Part shown: positions 24,195 to 37,530 of the stretch, piece by piece
Numbering within the stretch: the first letter of the stretch is position 1
How the letters are laid out: each line of letters starts with the position of its first letter
Source: Mobula hypostoma
Taxonomy: Eukaryota
Assembly: GCF_963921235.1 (NCBI RefSeq)
Contig: NC_086097.1
Location: forward strand, 221,528,001-221,592,000
Direction of reading: 5' to 3'
Length of the DNA: 64,000 bases
Notes under the pieces: generated by a model
The model's database searches: none
Told to the model about the DNA's origin: nothing
Seen by the model: the letters and a program-made list of their open reading frames with translations, nothing else
Translations under genes and position numbers: made by a program

Positions 24195-25109
24195 CTGAAC
24201 AGAATTTAAAAACAAATAAAATAAATCACTCGATACATAATGGAACATTTATGTATTTCAGAATTTATTTGATAACGTTCTGCAATATTATATGCACGTT
24301 TAAATCACAACGTAAGAACAAAAATTTTTGATTTCTAATCATGCTCAATTGTTAAACTTATTCCACCATACCACTAATATATGTAATATACAACTGAAGG
24401 TTTTTTAAAAAAAAGTAATTCCCCATTTTCTTCATTCCTTTACTGAGAGTAGAGAGGTGGGTACTCCAACATGTCATTAAATGGCTATCAGAACACTTTA
24501 TTCATAACAAAAACTATTACTTATAAGAATAAGCTGTGCAATGTTTCTTCAATCTTAGATTCATAATCAATGTACAGCATTCAGTTAGATTCCTTAAAAC
24601 CAGATGAGATATGTTGCCACTCATGTAGTCCCCTGGAGTGATGATTAAGGACCTTCCTCGCTCAGAGGAACAGGGGAAACCCGCTGCACGAGCAACAGTC
24701 AGTTCTTCTAATCTTCCCACCCAAGCCTGTGCCCTGGAGAGGACACAGTCCACCAGAGGCACAAACCCATGATCCCCTGGGATCGACAGCTGCCTAGTCC
24801 TCCCTCAACCTGGCCTTCTCTTGTCCAGCAGTGGAAGAACTCTATACAATGGTCCTTCCCCACTAAACCCATGAGGTGGCTGCACCAGGTTTCAGTGCAT
24901 TGCTCAGCACGTGTTCCTGCTCCATGTCCTATTTTATTTCCACTGAGTAGAGTTCAAAAAGGTCAAGTGATTAAAAGCTACCATCCTACAGCAAGTTTGG
25001 CTTGCTTTTGTTTTTAATTGTTTAGATGTTGCAATTAACTTCAGCATCACTACCTCTAGCAACTAACACAGCATAGACGAAGTAATTAACTTATAATAAC
25101 TGAAGTAAG

Positions 25110-25545
25110 AAGGAGATTTACAAGGATGTTGCCTGGATTGGGGAGCATGCTTTATGAGAATAGGTTGAGTGAACTCAGGAGCAACGGAGGATGAGAGGTG
25201 ACCTGATAGAGGTGTACAAGGTGATGAGAGGCATTGATCCTGTGGATAGTCAGAGGCTTTTCCCCAGGGCTAAAATGGCTAGCATGAGGGGCACAGTTTT
25301 ACGGTGTTTGGAAGTAGGTACAGAGGAGATGCCAGGGGTAAGTTTTTTTATGCAGAGAGTGGTGAGTGGGCTGCCAGTGGCGGTGGTGGAGGCGGATACG
25401 ATGGGGTCTTTTAAGAGTCTCCTGGATAGGTATATGGAGCTTAGAAAAATAGAGAGCCATGGGTAACCCTCAGTAATTTCTAAGGTAAGGATATGTTCAG
25501 CATAGCTTTGTGGCCCCCGAAGCTACTTTCTATGTTTCTATGATC
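25110..25545 (+). mobile_element. CR1 3' fragment
   Basis: MRGDLIEVYKVMRGID peptide and ttctatg tail. Confidence 0.9.
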
Positions 25546-26774
25546 AACTCTATGATCTAAGAGGGCGTGGCATCTGCAGGGAGTGTATGTGACAAATTTC
25601 ATGTGTGTAGCTCATATCCTTAGCTCATTAAACTAAATGAAGGTTATTTTTACCTCCGTCTTCGGAGATAACCTGTCAAGCAGGTTGCTGGCTGTTGCAG
25701 ACCTGCTTGGTTTTCCCTGACATGGATGGAAAAGGGCACCAGATGGTGAAACACAATGGGTGGGTGATTTACTGTCAGCAAGACAAATGTGACCCCAGTG
25801 CACAGAAAAACATGAAATATATACTCTACATACATTCCCACAGTGTGCTGCACAATACTGTACTTGTGAACATGGAGCAGAGAGCGAGCTTGTAAATCTA
25901 GCGGGAGCAAAGGATGTTGGGAATGGTGTGAGTAGAGCACTGCTTGTGGGGGGGAGGGGGAGGGGGGAGGGACAGGTGGCAGAATAGGGGTGCCAAGGGC
26001 GGGAGGTGGTGCGGGTGCAGATACACCCAGCCCAGAGACACCAGGCAAGGACATTTAATTCCTCTATTGGTTTATTGATCATGACAAAATGTCTCTCTGG
26101 TGCTCCCTGCTCCTTTCCCTCCCCCATCCCCTTTTGCCAACCATGGTTCTATTTTCCCTGCCCCCTTCCCACTCTCAGTCCACAATGAGAACCATATCAG
26201 AATCAGGTTTATCATCACTCACATGTGTCATGAAATTTGTTTATTTTTGCGGCAGCAGTACAGTGCAATACATAAAATTACTACAGTACTGTGCAAAAGT
26301 CTTAGGCACCATCACTAATGTATATATGCATGTCTGTACATAGTCTAACAGTGAGAAATTACATTTTGTATCCACTAGTATTAAATTCATGATACAGACT
26401 GGATGAGAAGTGCAGTGATGTGTGCAACTATCGCCAGAAGCTTAGCACTTCAGGGGCAATTTGAAAGAAGGCTGAAACAAAACATTTATGGCTTCAGAAT
26501 ATGCGACCAAGTTGTGCTCATGGTGGGTTTCCTTTTTCATCGAAGTGTCATGAAAGCACACGAACGTGTATTGTACAGCTTGATAACCATGTCAAAAGAA
26601 TTGCCTTGTCTTCTATACAAGTAATTTCAACATTGGTGGTGGGGGTGGGAGGACAATTAAAAGAGATGATTTTTCTTACTTTTTAAAAATTATTTTCTTA
26701 GTTCAAGTTGATTTAAAAGGATTATTTTAAAAAATTTTCTTATAATTATTTAGGTCACATTGCTTTTAAATACA

Positions 26775-28320
26775 AGACTATAAGACATAGGAGCAGAATT
26801 AGGTCATTTGGCCCATTGAGTCTGCTCCGCCATTTCAATTTTCCTTTTCGCCCCAATCTCCCATCTTCTCCTTGTATCCCTTCATGCCCTGACCAATCAA
26901 GAATCTATTAGTCTCTGCCTTAAATATACATAAAGACTTGGACTCCATAGCTGCCTGTGGCAAAGAATTCCACAGATTCACCACTCTCTGGCTAAAGAAA
27001 TTCCTCCTTATCTTCATTCTATAAGGATGTCCCTCTATTCTGAGGCTGTGTCCTCCGGTCTTAGACTCTCCCACCATAGGAGACATTCTCTCCACATCCA
27101 GCCTATCAAGGCTTTTCACCATTCAACAGGTTTCGATGAGGTCACCCCTCATTCTTCTGAATTCTAGAGAACACAGGCCCAGAGCCATCAAACGCTCTTC
27201 ATATGACAAGCAATTCAATCCTGGAATCATTTTCATGACCGCTGAACCCTCTCCACTTTCAGCATGTGCTTTCTAAGATAAGGGGCCTCACCAATGCCTT
27301 ATAAAATTTCAACATTACATCCTTGCTTTTATATTATAGTCCTCTTGAAACGTATGTTAACATTGCATTTGCCTTCTTCAACACACACTCAACCTGCAAA
27401 TTAACCTTTAGGGAATCCTGCACAAGGACTCCCAAGCCTCTTTGCGCCTCAGGTTTTTGTATTTTCTCTACATTTTGAAAAGTCAACATTTTCATTTTTC
27501 TACCAAAGTGCGTGAAATGGTATTCCATCTGCCATTTCTTTGCCCATTCTCCTTACCTGTCTAAGGACTTCTATAGCCGTTCTACTCCCTCAAAATGACC
27601 TGCCCCTCCACCTACCTTCATATCGTCTGCAAACTTTGCAACAAAGCCATCAATACCATATTCCAAATCATTGACATACAAGGTAAAAAGAATCGGTCCC
27701 AACACAGACCCCTGAGGAACACCACTAATCACCGGCAGCCTTTATTTCTACTCCCTTTATTTCTACTCTTTGCCTCCTGCCAATCAGCCACTGTTTTATC
27801 CATGCTAGAATCTTTCTTGTAATAAGATAGGCTCATAGCTTGTTAAGGTGCCATACATAAGGCTGTTAAGCAGCCTCATGTGTGGCACTTTGTCAAAGGT
27901 CTTCTGAAAATCCAAGTACACAACATCCACTGATTCTCCCTCATCTATTCTGCTTGTTAACTCTTGAAAAAATTCCAACAGATTTGTCAGGCAAGATTTT
28001 CCATTGAGGAAACCATGCTGACTACAGCCTATCTTATCATGTGCCTCCAAGTACCCTGAGACCTCCTCCTGAATAATCAACTCCAACATCTTCCCAACCA
28101 CTGAGGTGTGACTAATTAGCATATAATTTCCTTTCTTCTACCTCTCTCCCTTGAAGTGCAGTGTGACATTTGCAATTCTCCAGTCTTCATGAACCACTCC
28201 AGAATCTAGTTATTCTTGAAAGATCATTACTAATGCCACCATGATCTCTTCAGCCACCTCTTTCAAAACACAGTGGTGTTCACCATCTAGTCCAGGTGAC
28301 TTTAGATCTTTCAGTTTCCC
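26775..28320 (-). mobile_element. CR1 LINE 3' part, degenerate RT
   Basis: QHGFLNGKSCLTNLLEFF...VYLDFQKTFDKVPH and RRNFFSQRVVNLWNSLP peptides. Confidence 0.92.
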
Positions 28321-29174
28321 AAAAAGTAATAAGTATCTCTAATTATTTGACAACAGTTAAAGGTCCTTGACAGCAATGAGTTGTCAAACACCTTCAGGGT
28401 GGGAGGACTCTTAGGATCTGCTGGCTGAGGTCTAGTTTCCACTTACTCCACTTTGCTGCGCAACTAAAAGGCTGCAAAAGGCAAATGTGGCTGCAGAAAT
28501 GGGTGTGGTAAGCTCAGGCAACAGGCCCAATCAGGCGCATCCCACCAAATGACAGGAGGATAGAAACAGAACTCATTGGAATTCAGTGCAGATGGGACTT
28601 GTGGTCAAGCAAATGCAGAGTCATTTGTCTTAAAAAAATTGAAGCCGACAGAAAAAAAGCAAATGTTAAATACAAACACATTCTCTTCTCCAGCAAGCCA
28701 ACCCCTTGCCAGGCTCCCCTCATCCTAGGCCTGATCCCATACATCCCTACAATTTTCCACATTCCCCTTTATCCTCAGAATTAGCTTTTACTCACTGGAC
28801 CCTGTTTCTATTAAACTCCTGACATCATCAATAGGAGCATTCCTTGCTTTTGACCTACAAGTGATGTTTAAAAGTCCCAAGGAAGGTAGAAAAGTGTGGA
28901 GGTCAAAACATCAAAGCATTCTCATTATTAGGTGGTATCTACGAAAACACATACAGGCGACGTTTGCACTATGGGGACGTGGGACTGCATTCCTAGATAA
29001 CAGGAGGTTTCATAATTTTCTATAATACAAAGCTGCATCATCAATGCATACAATAAGAAATGAAAATTGGAAAAAATGGGTTAATTTATTACACACACAC
29101 ACACAGAATTTGTAACCTAAATGGCTCTGTCATGGGAGTCACTTGCATGCAGAATCAAAGTCGTTTACTTTTTA

Positions 29175-29422
29175 CTTAAAGATACAACAGGATAACAGGT
29201 CCTTCTGGCCCAGTGAGGCTGTGTTACCCAATTGCACACAGGAGACCAACTAAGCTACTAACCTGTACATTTTTGGAATGGGGAGGAAACCAGAATTCCA
29301 AAAGGAAACCCACATGGTTACAATGAGAACGTAGAAACACTTACAGACAGCAGCAGGAATTGAACCCTGGTCTCTGGTGCTATAAAGCAATTACACTAAC
29401 TGCTATGCTACTGTGCTGCCCC
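29175..29422 (-). mobile_element. HE1/V-SINE-type tRNA-derived SINE
   Basis: V-domain-like ggaggaaaccaga...ggaaacccaca, box B complement ggaattgaaccc, CR1-like tail. Confidence 0.8.
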
Positions 29423-29544
29423 CAAATTATGCTGCTATCATGCATTTTCAAAGCTAACGACTAAGGTTTTTCAAAAATTCATGGGCATGATCTCCTTTAC
29501 TTGTGTTGATAACAATCAAGGCTTTGGTTTCATACTCAATTAGA

Positions 29545-30290
29545 GTGAGAATCAGGTTTATTATCACCGGCGTGTGACGTGAAATTTGTTAACTTAGCAG
29601 CTGCGGTTCAGTGCAATACGTAATCTAGCAGAGAGAAAAAATAATAATAAATAAAACAAACCAAAACATAATAATAAATAAACAAGTAAATCAATTACGT
29701 ATATTGAACAGGTTTTTAAAATGTGCAAAAACAGAAATACTGTATATTTTAAAAAAAAGTGAGGTGGTGTCCAAAGCTTCAATGTCCATTTAGGAATCAG
29801 ATGGCAGAGGGGAAGAAGCTGTTCCTGAATCACTGAGTGAGTGCCTTCAGGCTTCTGTAGCTCCTACTGGTGGTACCATTGAGAAAAGGATATGCCCTGG
29901 GTGCTGGAGGTCCTTAATAATGGACGCTGTCTTTCTGAGACACTGCTCCCTAAAGATGTTCTGGGTACTTTGTAGGCTAGTGCCCAAGATGGAGCTGACT
30001 AGATTTACAACCTTCTGTAGCTTCTTCCGGTCCTGTGCAGTAGCCCCTCCATAGCAGACAGTGATGCAGCCTGTCAGAATGCTCTCCACGGTACAACTAT
30101 ACAAGTTTTTGAGTGTATTTGTTGACATGTCAAATCTCTTCAAACTCCTAAAAAAAATATAGCCGCTGGCTTGCTTTCTTTATAACTACGTCAATATGTT
30201 GGGACCAGGTTAGATCCTCAGAGATTTTGACACCCAGGAACTTGAAGCTGCTCACTCTCTCCACTTCTGATCCCTCTAAGAGAATTGGTA
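29545..30290 (-). mobile_element. Rex/Babar-like LINE 3' fragment
   Basis: ORF 29847-30143 LYSCTVESILTGCITVCYGGATAQDRKKLQKVV. Confidence 0.88.
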
Positions 30291-30481
30291 TTCAACATAG
30301 AAATGTGCTTGCCATGCAGTGATGATATAAGATATTAGAACAAAGTTTCAGATTTTGTTGGTGGTGAGATATGAAATTCCTTTTAATAAAATGTTGCACC
30401 TCACCAACTTTTCAAATATTGCGGCCATGTAATTGTTGGATCTTTTGTGATGTAGCTTAGAAAGTAACATTCTTAAAGCCT

Positions 30482-30640
30482 GGAGGAACTCAGCAGGCCA
30501 GGCAGCATCTATGGAAATAAAAAGGGTAAACAGTCAGCATTTTGAGCTGAGGCCTTGTCTGGCCTGCTGGGTTCCTCCAGCATTTTGTGTGTGTTGCTTT
30601 GGATTTCCAGCATCTGAGAACTTTCTCGTGTTTGTTTTCA
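30482..30640. mobile_element. Penelope-derived fold-back element, hammerhead core lost
   Basis: Inverted arms ggaggaactcagcaggccag / ctggcctgctgggttcctcc. 8-bp direct repeat taaagcct on both sides. Confidence 0.8.
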
Positions 30641-32249
30641 TAAAGCCTTCCAGCCTTTATATATCCTGAGGTCGGCAATTGTGTCGGGTATGATAAGTTA
30701 ATCACAGTGCTTCCCTATAAGGATCCTTAAAGAAAGCACTTAATTGAATTCATGATCCTTTGAAAACTCTCTGCTGAAGTAATCACTATAGTGCCTTTCA
30801 TTCACTCAGAATCATTGGGACTTACTGGCTACTTGGAGCAATGAATCTATTTTTAATTAAGAATTGTCATTTATTCTCTGCGACCTTGCTACTGTTGCAG
30901 GAGTTCATTGAAGAGCCTCTTGTCAGTCAGCAGAAACCAGTCAATGCCATTGGTCAACTTTGTGTAAAGGTTTGAAAATGATTTCATTGAAGTCCATAGT
31001 TAAGGTTTGTTGAAGCCACAGTTGAAGTGCAGAGTGTGTTCAAATGGTAATCTCTCATCATGGAATGAGTGCAATTGAACACTAATCGCAGCAGTCTGAG
31101 AATGGCCTGTCACTTGCCCAAATTAAATCCTCCTCTCTGTGCCTGTGAAATGGAATCCTTGTGAATCTCAACAAACCAAATTGGCTGACAGCACATCTAA
31201 TGACCTCATATTGCCAATGTCTGCCAGAGCCCTGTTCCACTGGTACCTGTCGTACTTATTCCTCCACTTCCTCCCATGGAAGTAAAGAAGATGATTCCTT
31301 GACGGCAAGTTGTGCATGAGGCAGCAGGTGTAAATACCCTTGGGAAGCTATTGAAGGGTTAACTTGTAGCTGTGCAGACCCTGGAACTCCTGGGGAAATC
31401 ACTGTATGAGAGCTGTAGTGCAGATCAGAGTCAGGAGCCAATAGGTAGTGGTGACAGGCTGGTCCCCCAAAAAAATGCAGCTAAAATACTCCACCCCAAA
31501 ACCCCACTGTATGGATGGTCAGTTGAAATATTGGAGACAATATATACTGACCAAGATACATGACAATGACTGTGATTATTGTTCTCATTGTTAACAAGGA
31601 ATCAGTTGATCAGTGGTTGGTTGGGGAAGGGTAACGGCCTTAGAAATGTGTGTAGAGCTCACAAGTGCTTAATGAGAATTTGAATCAATACTGGTGGAGA
31701 GTATCATGCTCTGAACCTTGGGTTGCCTCAAATAAGTGGATGCCCCTATTAACCAATAGTCCAATTAACTGAAATCCACTACAAACAAATAAAAAGTGCA
31801 AGGATGGATATATAGATGGTCATTACATTCAGCAGTGCAAGCTTGTAATAAAACACAAACAAACAAGGTGCCATTGCCACTCTTGTGACTTTCTGAGGTG
31901 ATACCCCATTCAATATTCATAAGGGAACGCTGCCGACTGGCACAGGACTATGTGCAGAAGGGTACACTGAAGCTCAGTGCAGCCAATTCCAAGACTCTGT
32001 GGAGAAGCACATCTTTGCTATTGAACATGGAGGAGTTGGGTAGGGAAGCCCCTCAAAAAAGGAGTTTAGTAAAAGATTGATCATCACTCTTCTAAGATGC
32101 CCTTAGTCAATCTGCTTTTGTCATATTCCCAGTGCGTATCAACCATTTACATTAAATGTTCCACTCCCATCCTCACTGCAGCTCTATTCTTCCCTGCAAT
32201 CATCGCGAGAAGTCATTTGTTGGTGAGGCAGCAAGAGGCTTAAAATTAA

Positions 32250-34725
32250 TTCGGGGTCTTTTGAACTTTTCAGCGGGTTGCAATCTTAATGATCTCTTAG
32301 GCACTTGGGAGGAACCAATACAAGAGTGAGGTGTAAACGGAGCGGCCATTGTTGGAGTGGACAGTGTTAGAGCGGCCAGGCTTTGCCTGAAAGGGCTTGG
32401 GCAAGAGCAGGGGGCAGGCTAGAACTTAAACTTGAGAAGTTATATGTATATCAAGTGTTAGGCAGGATGGTAGTTAAGGCACTGGAATGCTCTTCCTGGG
32501 AAATATGCGTGTTCAAGGTACCTAGCGGTCTCCCTGCTGACTACATCTGCGGGAAGTGCATCCAACCTCAGCTCCTGACTGACAAGGTCCAGGAACTGGA
32601 GCTGGATGTACTTTAGGACCATCCAAGAGGCTGAAAACTCATTAATGAGACATTTACTGAGGTGATCACACCTAAAGTCAGGCTTCAGAGAGTAGATGGG
32701 TGACCACCAGGAGAAGTAAGAGGAATAAATAGTCAGTGTAGGGTTCCCTTGTGTCCATTCCCCACAGAAACAAGTATACCCATTTATATACTGCTGGAAG
32801 GGGGAATCACCTATCAGGGCATGGCAGTAGCAGCCAGCATAGTGGCACTGTGTTCGATAAAGTCAAGCAGAGCAATTGTTAGGGGGAGGGACAGGAGATT
32901 CTGTGGCCACGAAAGAGATGCCAGGATGATGGTTGCCTCCCATGCCAGAGCTGCTGCACAAGACTCTCTAGAGGAAGGATAAGAGCCAGAGGTCATGGTG
33001 CACACTGGCACAAATGACATGGGTGGAAAGGAGGATGAGGACCTGCGCAGTGGGTTTAGGGAGTTAGAAAAGAGGCTGAAGAACAGGACCTCCAAGGTAG
33101 TAATCTCTCGATCACTCTCAGTACCTCGTGCTAGCCAGGGCAGAAATAGAATGATAGTACAGATGAATGAGTGGCTGAGGGACTGGTGTAGAGGGCAGGG
33201 CTTCAGATTTCTGGACACTGAGATCCCTTCTGTGGAAGGTATGATCTCTACTAAAAGGACGGTTACACCTAAACCCAAGGGGGAACCAATATCCTTGCAA
33301 GCAGGTTTGCTAGAGCTGTTAGGGAGGGTTTAAAGTAATTTGGCAGGGGGATGGGAATAGGAGTGATCAGGCAGTTGGTATACCAGTTTTTGCAGTGTGA
33401 GACTTTGAGGAAGGACAGGATGATGATAGGGCAAGATTTTAGTCAGTGGGATGAGTTAATGTGTAACATGGGGACAAAATCGAAAAGGGTGATAAATACA
33501 GGTCTGAAGGTATTATATTTGAATGCACGCAGTATACCGAAAACAAGAGATGATATTTTAGCACATTTAGAGATTGGAAGGTATGTCATTGTGGGCATCA
33601 CTGACTTGTGCCTGAAAGATCATAGTTGGAAGCTTAACATCCAAGGATACACATTGTATCAAAAGGACAGGTAGGTAGGAAGAGGGACTAGGGTGGCTCT
33701 GTTGGTAAAAAATGAAATCAAATCCTTAGAATGAAGTGACACAGGATTGGAAGATGTACAATCTTTGTGGGTAGAGTTAAGAACCTGCAAATGTAAAAAT
33801 ACCCTGATGGGAGTTTCGTATAGGCCTCCAAACAGTAGCCAGGATGTGGGATATAAATTACAATGGGAAATAGAAAAGGCTTGTAAAATGGGCAATATTG
33901 CAAAAGTCATGGAGGATTTTAACATGCAAATGGATTGGGAATCAGGTTGGTCCTGGATCCCAAGAGATGACATAACGGGCAAGATAGATAAAGGAGAGCC
34001 AGTGGATGTTTACTTGGATTTTCAGAAGGCCTTTCACAAGGGGACACACATGAGATGGCTTAACAAGATAAAAGCCCATGGTATTCCAGGTGTAACCCTC
34101 AGGCTCGGCCAGCTTGTGCCATTACATTAGCCTTAGCAGTGAAACATTACAAAGAAGCCATTACATTAGCAGTGAATCCTTACAGCACGTTACACTGGAA
34201 AAGTACTAGCATGGATAGAAGATTGGCTGACTGGAAGGAGGCAAAGTTTGGGTATAAAGGCTGCCTTTTCTGTTTGGCTGTTGGTGACTAGTGGTGTTCC
34301 ATAGGGGTTGATATTGAGACTGCTTCTTTTTACATTATATGTCAATGATTTGGATGACAGAATTGATGGCTTTGTAGCCAATTTTGCAGACAATACAAAG
34401 AAAGATGGAGATAGTGTTGAGGATGTAGGGAGACTGCAGAAGGTCATAGATGGATTGGGGGAATGGTCAAAGAAGTGGCAGATGGAACATAGTGTTGGTA
34501 ATTGTATGGTCTTGCACTTTGGAAGAAGGAATAAAATCTTATGATATTTTCTAAATGGGGAAAATATTCAAACATCAGAACTGCAAAAGTACTTGAGAAT
34601 TCTTGTGCAGGATTCCTTAAAAGTTAACTTTCAGAGTGAGTTGGCAGTAAGGAAGGCAAATGGAATGTTAGCATTCATTTTGAGAGGACTAGAATACAAG
34701 AGCAAGGATGTAATGCTGAGGCATA
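32250..34725 (+). mobile_element. CR1 LINE retaining ORF1 (zinc finger, SGNH esterase) and an internally deleted ORF2
   Basis: DYICGKC, VHTGTND...QMNEWLRDWC...FRFLD, LKVLYLNARSI, GVSYRPPN. Jump from endonuclease to RT (VYLDFQKAF) near 33965. Confidence 0.9.
34091..34194. mobile_element. 104-bp LTR-like insertion inside CR1
   Basis: Termini tgtaac...gttaca, 4-bp flanks cagg/ctgg, CR1 contiguous across it. Confidence 0.65.
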
Positions 34726-34729
34726 TGGT

Positions 34730-34925
34730 CTCACCTACCACCTGCTAGCTTATACAACTTACCCCTCACACCCCACCTGACTGCCTTATTCTGTCCTCTG
34801 TCCTTTCCTTACGAAGGGTCTCTGCATGAAATGTCAACTGTTCCTCTGCAAAGGTGCTGCCTGACTTGTTGAGTTCCAGCAGCATTTTGTGTGTGTTGCT
34901 CAAGATTTTCAGCATCTGCAGAATC
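34730..34925 (+). mobile_element. Penelope 3' terminal unit, degenerate hammerhead
   Basis: cttacgaagggtctctgcatgaaatgtcaactg followed by the shared tgctgcctgac...cagcatctgcaga unit. Confidence 0.8.
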
Positions 34926-35661
34926 ACTTCATAATATAATCGATGCTGTTCTCAAATCGCGAAAAATAGTACTGATTATAGCTCTGCTCTACAAATCCTG
35001 TCTGATATTTCTCTTTCCTAGTTTAAGATTTTAAATACAACTGCAATGATTGTATTGCTTATAGAGCTGAAGTCAGAAACCTTAAGATCTAACAACCACC
35101 ACGGCTTAATGATGGATTTGCACAGTCACTAAACGATCAGGAAAGTTTCAAATCATATCCTACATTTGACAATAAAACTCTAGTTGCTACTGCCAGAGAA
35201 ATATCATTATTTTTGATAATAATTAAAAGCAGCAGATATTTATTATGATGATATTACAGTTGCCCTCACCTTGTTTACCACTGGTAAAACAAACTTCAAA
35301 TTATATTCAATTAAGTTATCCAAGAGTTTAAAAAAATCTCAATTGAAAATCAGTCTTATGTATATATTTTTGAGATCCTGGAAAAGGCAACAACCACAGC
35401 CATTTTGACGTTTAATGGCAACAAAGTAAAGCAATGTTTGTAGTTGCATACAATTGTTCCAGAGCAGTTAAAGAAAACCTAATTAAAAGTACAACATGAA
35501 GCAGGATTACCAATTTCATAAACATCTTTATCTTCTCAATAGAAATTCACAAGTGGAATTTCATCAAGGGCTGGATTAGGGAGATGAAACTGATAATTCT
35601 ATCCTTTATCTGCATTAGCTTTTCTTAATATATGGACAACGTGACATTTTTTCACTCATAC

Positions 35662-35733
35662 CTGAGAAACTGTCTAAAGACTCCTCTGCTGCTGTTGTAG
35701 CAATGCCACTACTGCTCATTGGCTCCGTTTTGA
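35662..35733 (-). CDS. EYA1: EYA1 coding exon, (V)KTEPMSSSGIATTAAEESLDSFS
   Basis: VKTEPMSSS motif. Acceptor ttttgcag, donor TCAG|gtatga. 72 nt, phase 1 to 1. Confidence 0.93.
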
Positions 35734-36518
35734 CTGCAAAACATAAAGAAGAAAATGAAACCATTTTAATAAATTAAAATTGGATTTGATATTAAGTGCA
35801 GCATTAAATATATACTTAACAAAATATTAGGCTTAATTTCCCATATCACACATCTGGAGAATTACTTATAAAGACATCTGCAAGAGGGGCAAAAGAGCAG
35901 ACAGCAGAACCGGCAGATAGGGCACTGGCACTAGAATTTGTACATTTTTTCCGCATTTGATTCTGCACTTAGAATGTTTTAAAAATTAATTGATTCAATA
36001 TTTGTTTGAAGTTTTAGCTTTACTTCTTCCCTTACACTTCTGGTTTTTCAAAGTTCACAATTTCTGGTAATGACATTGCATGTTACATTTCCAAAAGCTG
36101 AAAACTTTCTAACTGGGAAATGCACTTCATATTTAAAAGCACAGAAGGACTTTCCTCAAGATCTCATCAAGATCTGCTGGTTCAGTGCGCTAGCATGAAG
36201 CTTAGTGCCTAGCTCTGTGAAGAGCTGATGAGTGAAAATGGGGCAGTAGTCAGATACCAGAAAAAAAAAATCATATTCCTACTTTTTCAAGAATCTGCCA
36301 TTGGGTAATTAACAAATCAATCTGTGTAAGGAAGTGCAAATTAGAATTTCATGTGTTTTCAAAGATCCTAAATGCTACCTTATAACATAGCCCAGCTTGA
36401 CAAGCACCGGATCTAACTCATATAAACACATAGCTCTCTACACATGGAGGGGCTCCTTACCCTCTATAAACAAGGTGCATCCCAATTCATTTCTGGCCTT
36501 TCCTAAGTTAATTGACTC

Positions 36519-36882
36519 TTTCTTTTTAAATCTTTTTATTGAGTAAGTATACAAAAAAGGTAAGCCATATAAACATTAATACAATGTTAAAGTATAATAA
36601 AATTCCAAAAGGTGTCAATACCAAAAAAAATACTACAAACAATGTAATTTAAACATAAGAAACCAAGATAACATAATAGTATACTAAATTTTATATATAT
36701 CAACAGAAAAAAAGAAAAAAAAAACCCCAAAAAAAACCCACCGTGCAACTAACTAAAAGCAAGGCAAAGCAATGGGCTAACTTGAAACCAAACAGAGTTA
36801 AACTTAAAATCACGTCCTCAATCCCGACCTCCATTAAAAACAGTGAAAAAAAAACAAGAAGGGGAAAAAAAACAAGAAGGGA
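36519..36882 (-). mobile_element. 5'-truncated L1/Tx1-type retroposon 3' end
   Basis: Perfect 15-bp TSD taagttaattgactc (36504-36518, 36883-36897). AATAAA plus A-rich tail on minus strand. Confidence 0.85.
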
Positions 36883-37254
36883 TAAGTTAATTGACTCAAG
36901 GCAGGAAAGAATGATGATTGTACAGTTGCCCTCATCTGTTGATACAACAAAATGCAGGGCTTTGGGGAGGGATGGACAGTGAAACCCGTGGGAGCTTTCT
37001 TGCATATAGCCATTATGGACAGTAAGGGCAAACGGGCTGCTTCTCTGTAATGGTGCTGTGATTCTGGTATGAAATAATCTTCCTAGGCTCACATAAAAAA
37101 CACCAGAGAACTCCCAGAACACGAGTTATTGCTCCCAGACATCAGAGGTGGAATATCAGAACAACAGATGTCCCAACATGACTTTCTAAAAATTTTATGA
37201 ACACATTGCTGAACTTTGCTCCTGCAGTAGATTTTTCTGTTATTGGAACATATT

Positions 37255-37530
37255 GGGACACCACGGTAGCAAAGCAGTTGGCACAATGCTATTACAGCTC
37301 AGGGCGTCAGAGTTTGGAGTCCAATTCCGACGTCCTCTGTAAGGAGTCTCCGCAATTCTGCCTCGTGGAATGCGCAGGTTTTCTCTTAGTCCTCCAGTTT
37401 CCACCCACAGCCCGAGTACGTACTGATTGGTTGTAAACTGTCACATGATTGAGTTCGGGTTAAAAATTGCGGTTATCAGGTGCCACAGCTTGAAGGGCCG
37501 GAAGGTCCTATTCCACGCTAAATAAATAAA
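37255..37530 (+). mobile_element. V-SINE/HE1-type SINE
   Basis: tRNA-like head, V-domain-like ggttttctc...ctccagtttccacccaca, (taaa)n tail. Confidence 0.75.

Noticed and set aside
29340..29422. tRNA gene
   Set aside because: Decayed tRNA-derived SINE head, no cloverleaf.
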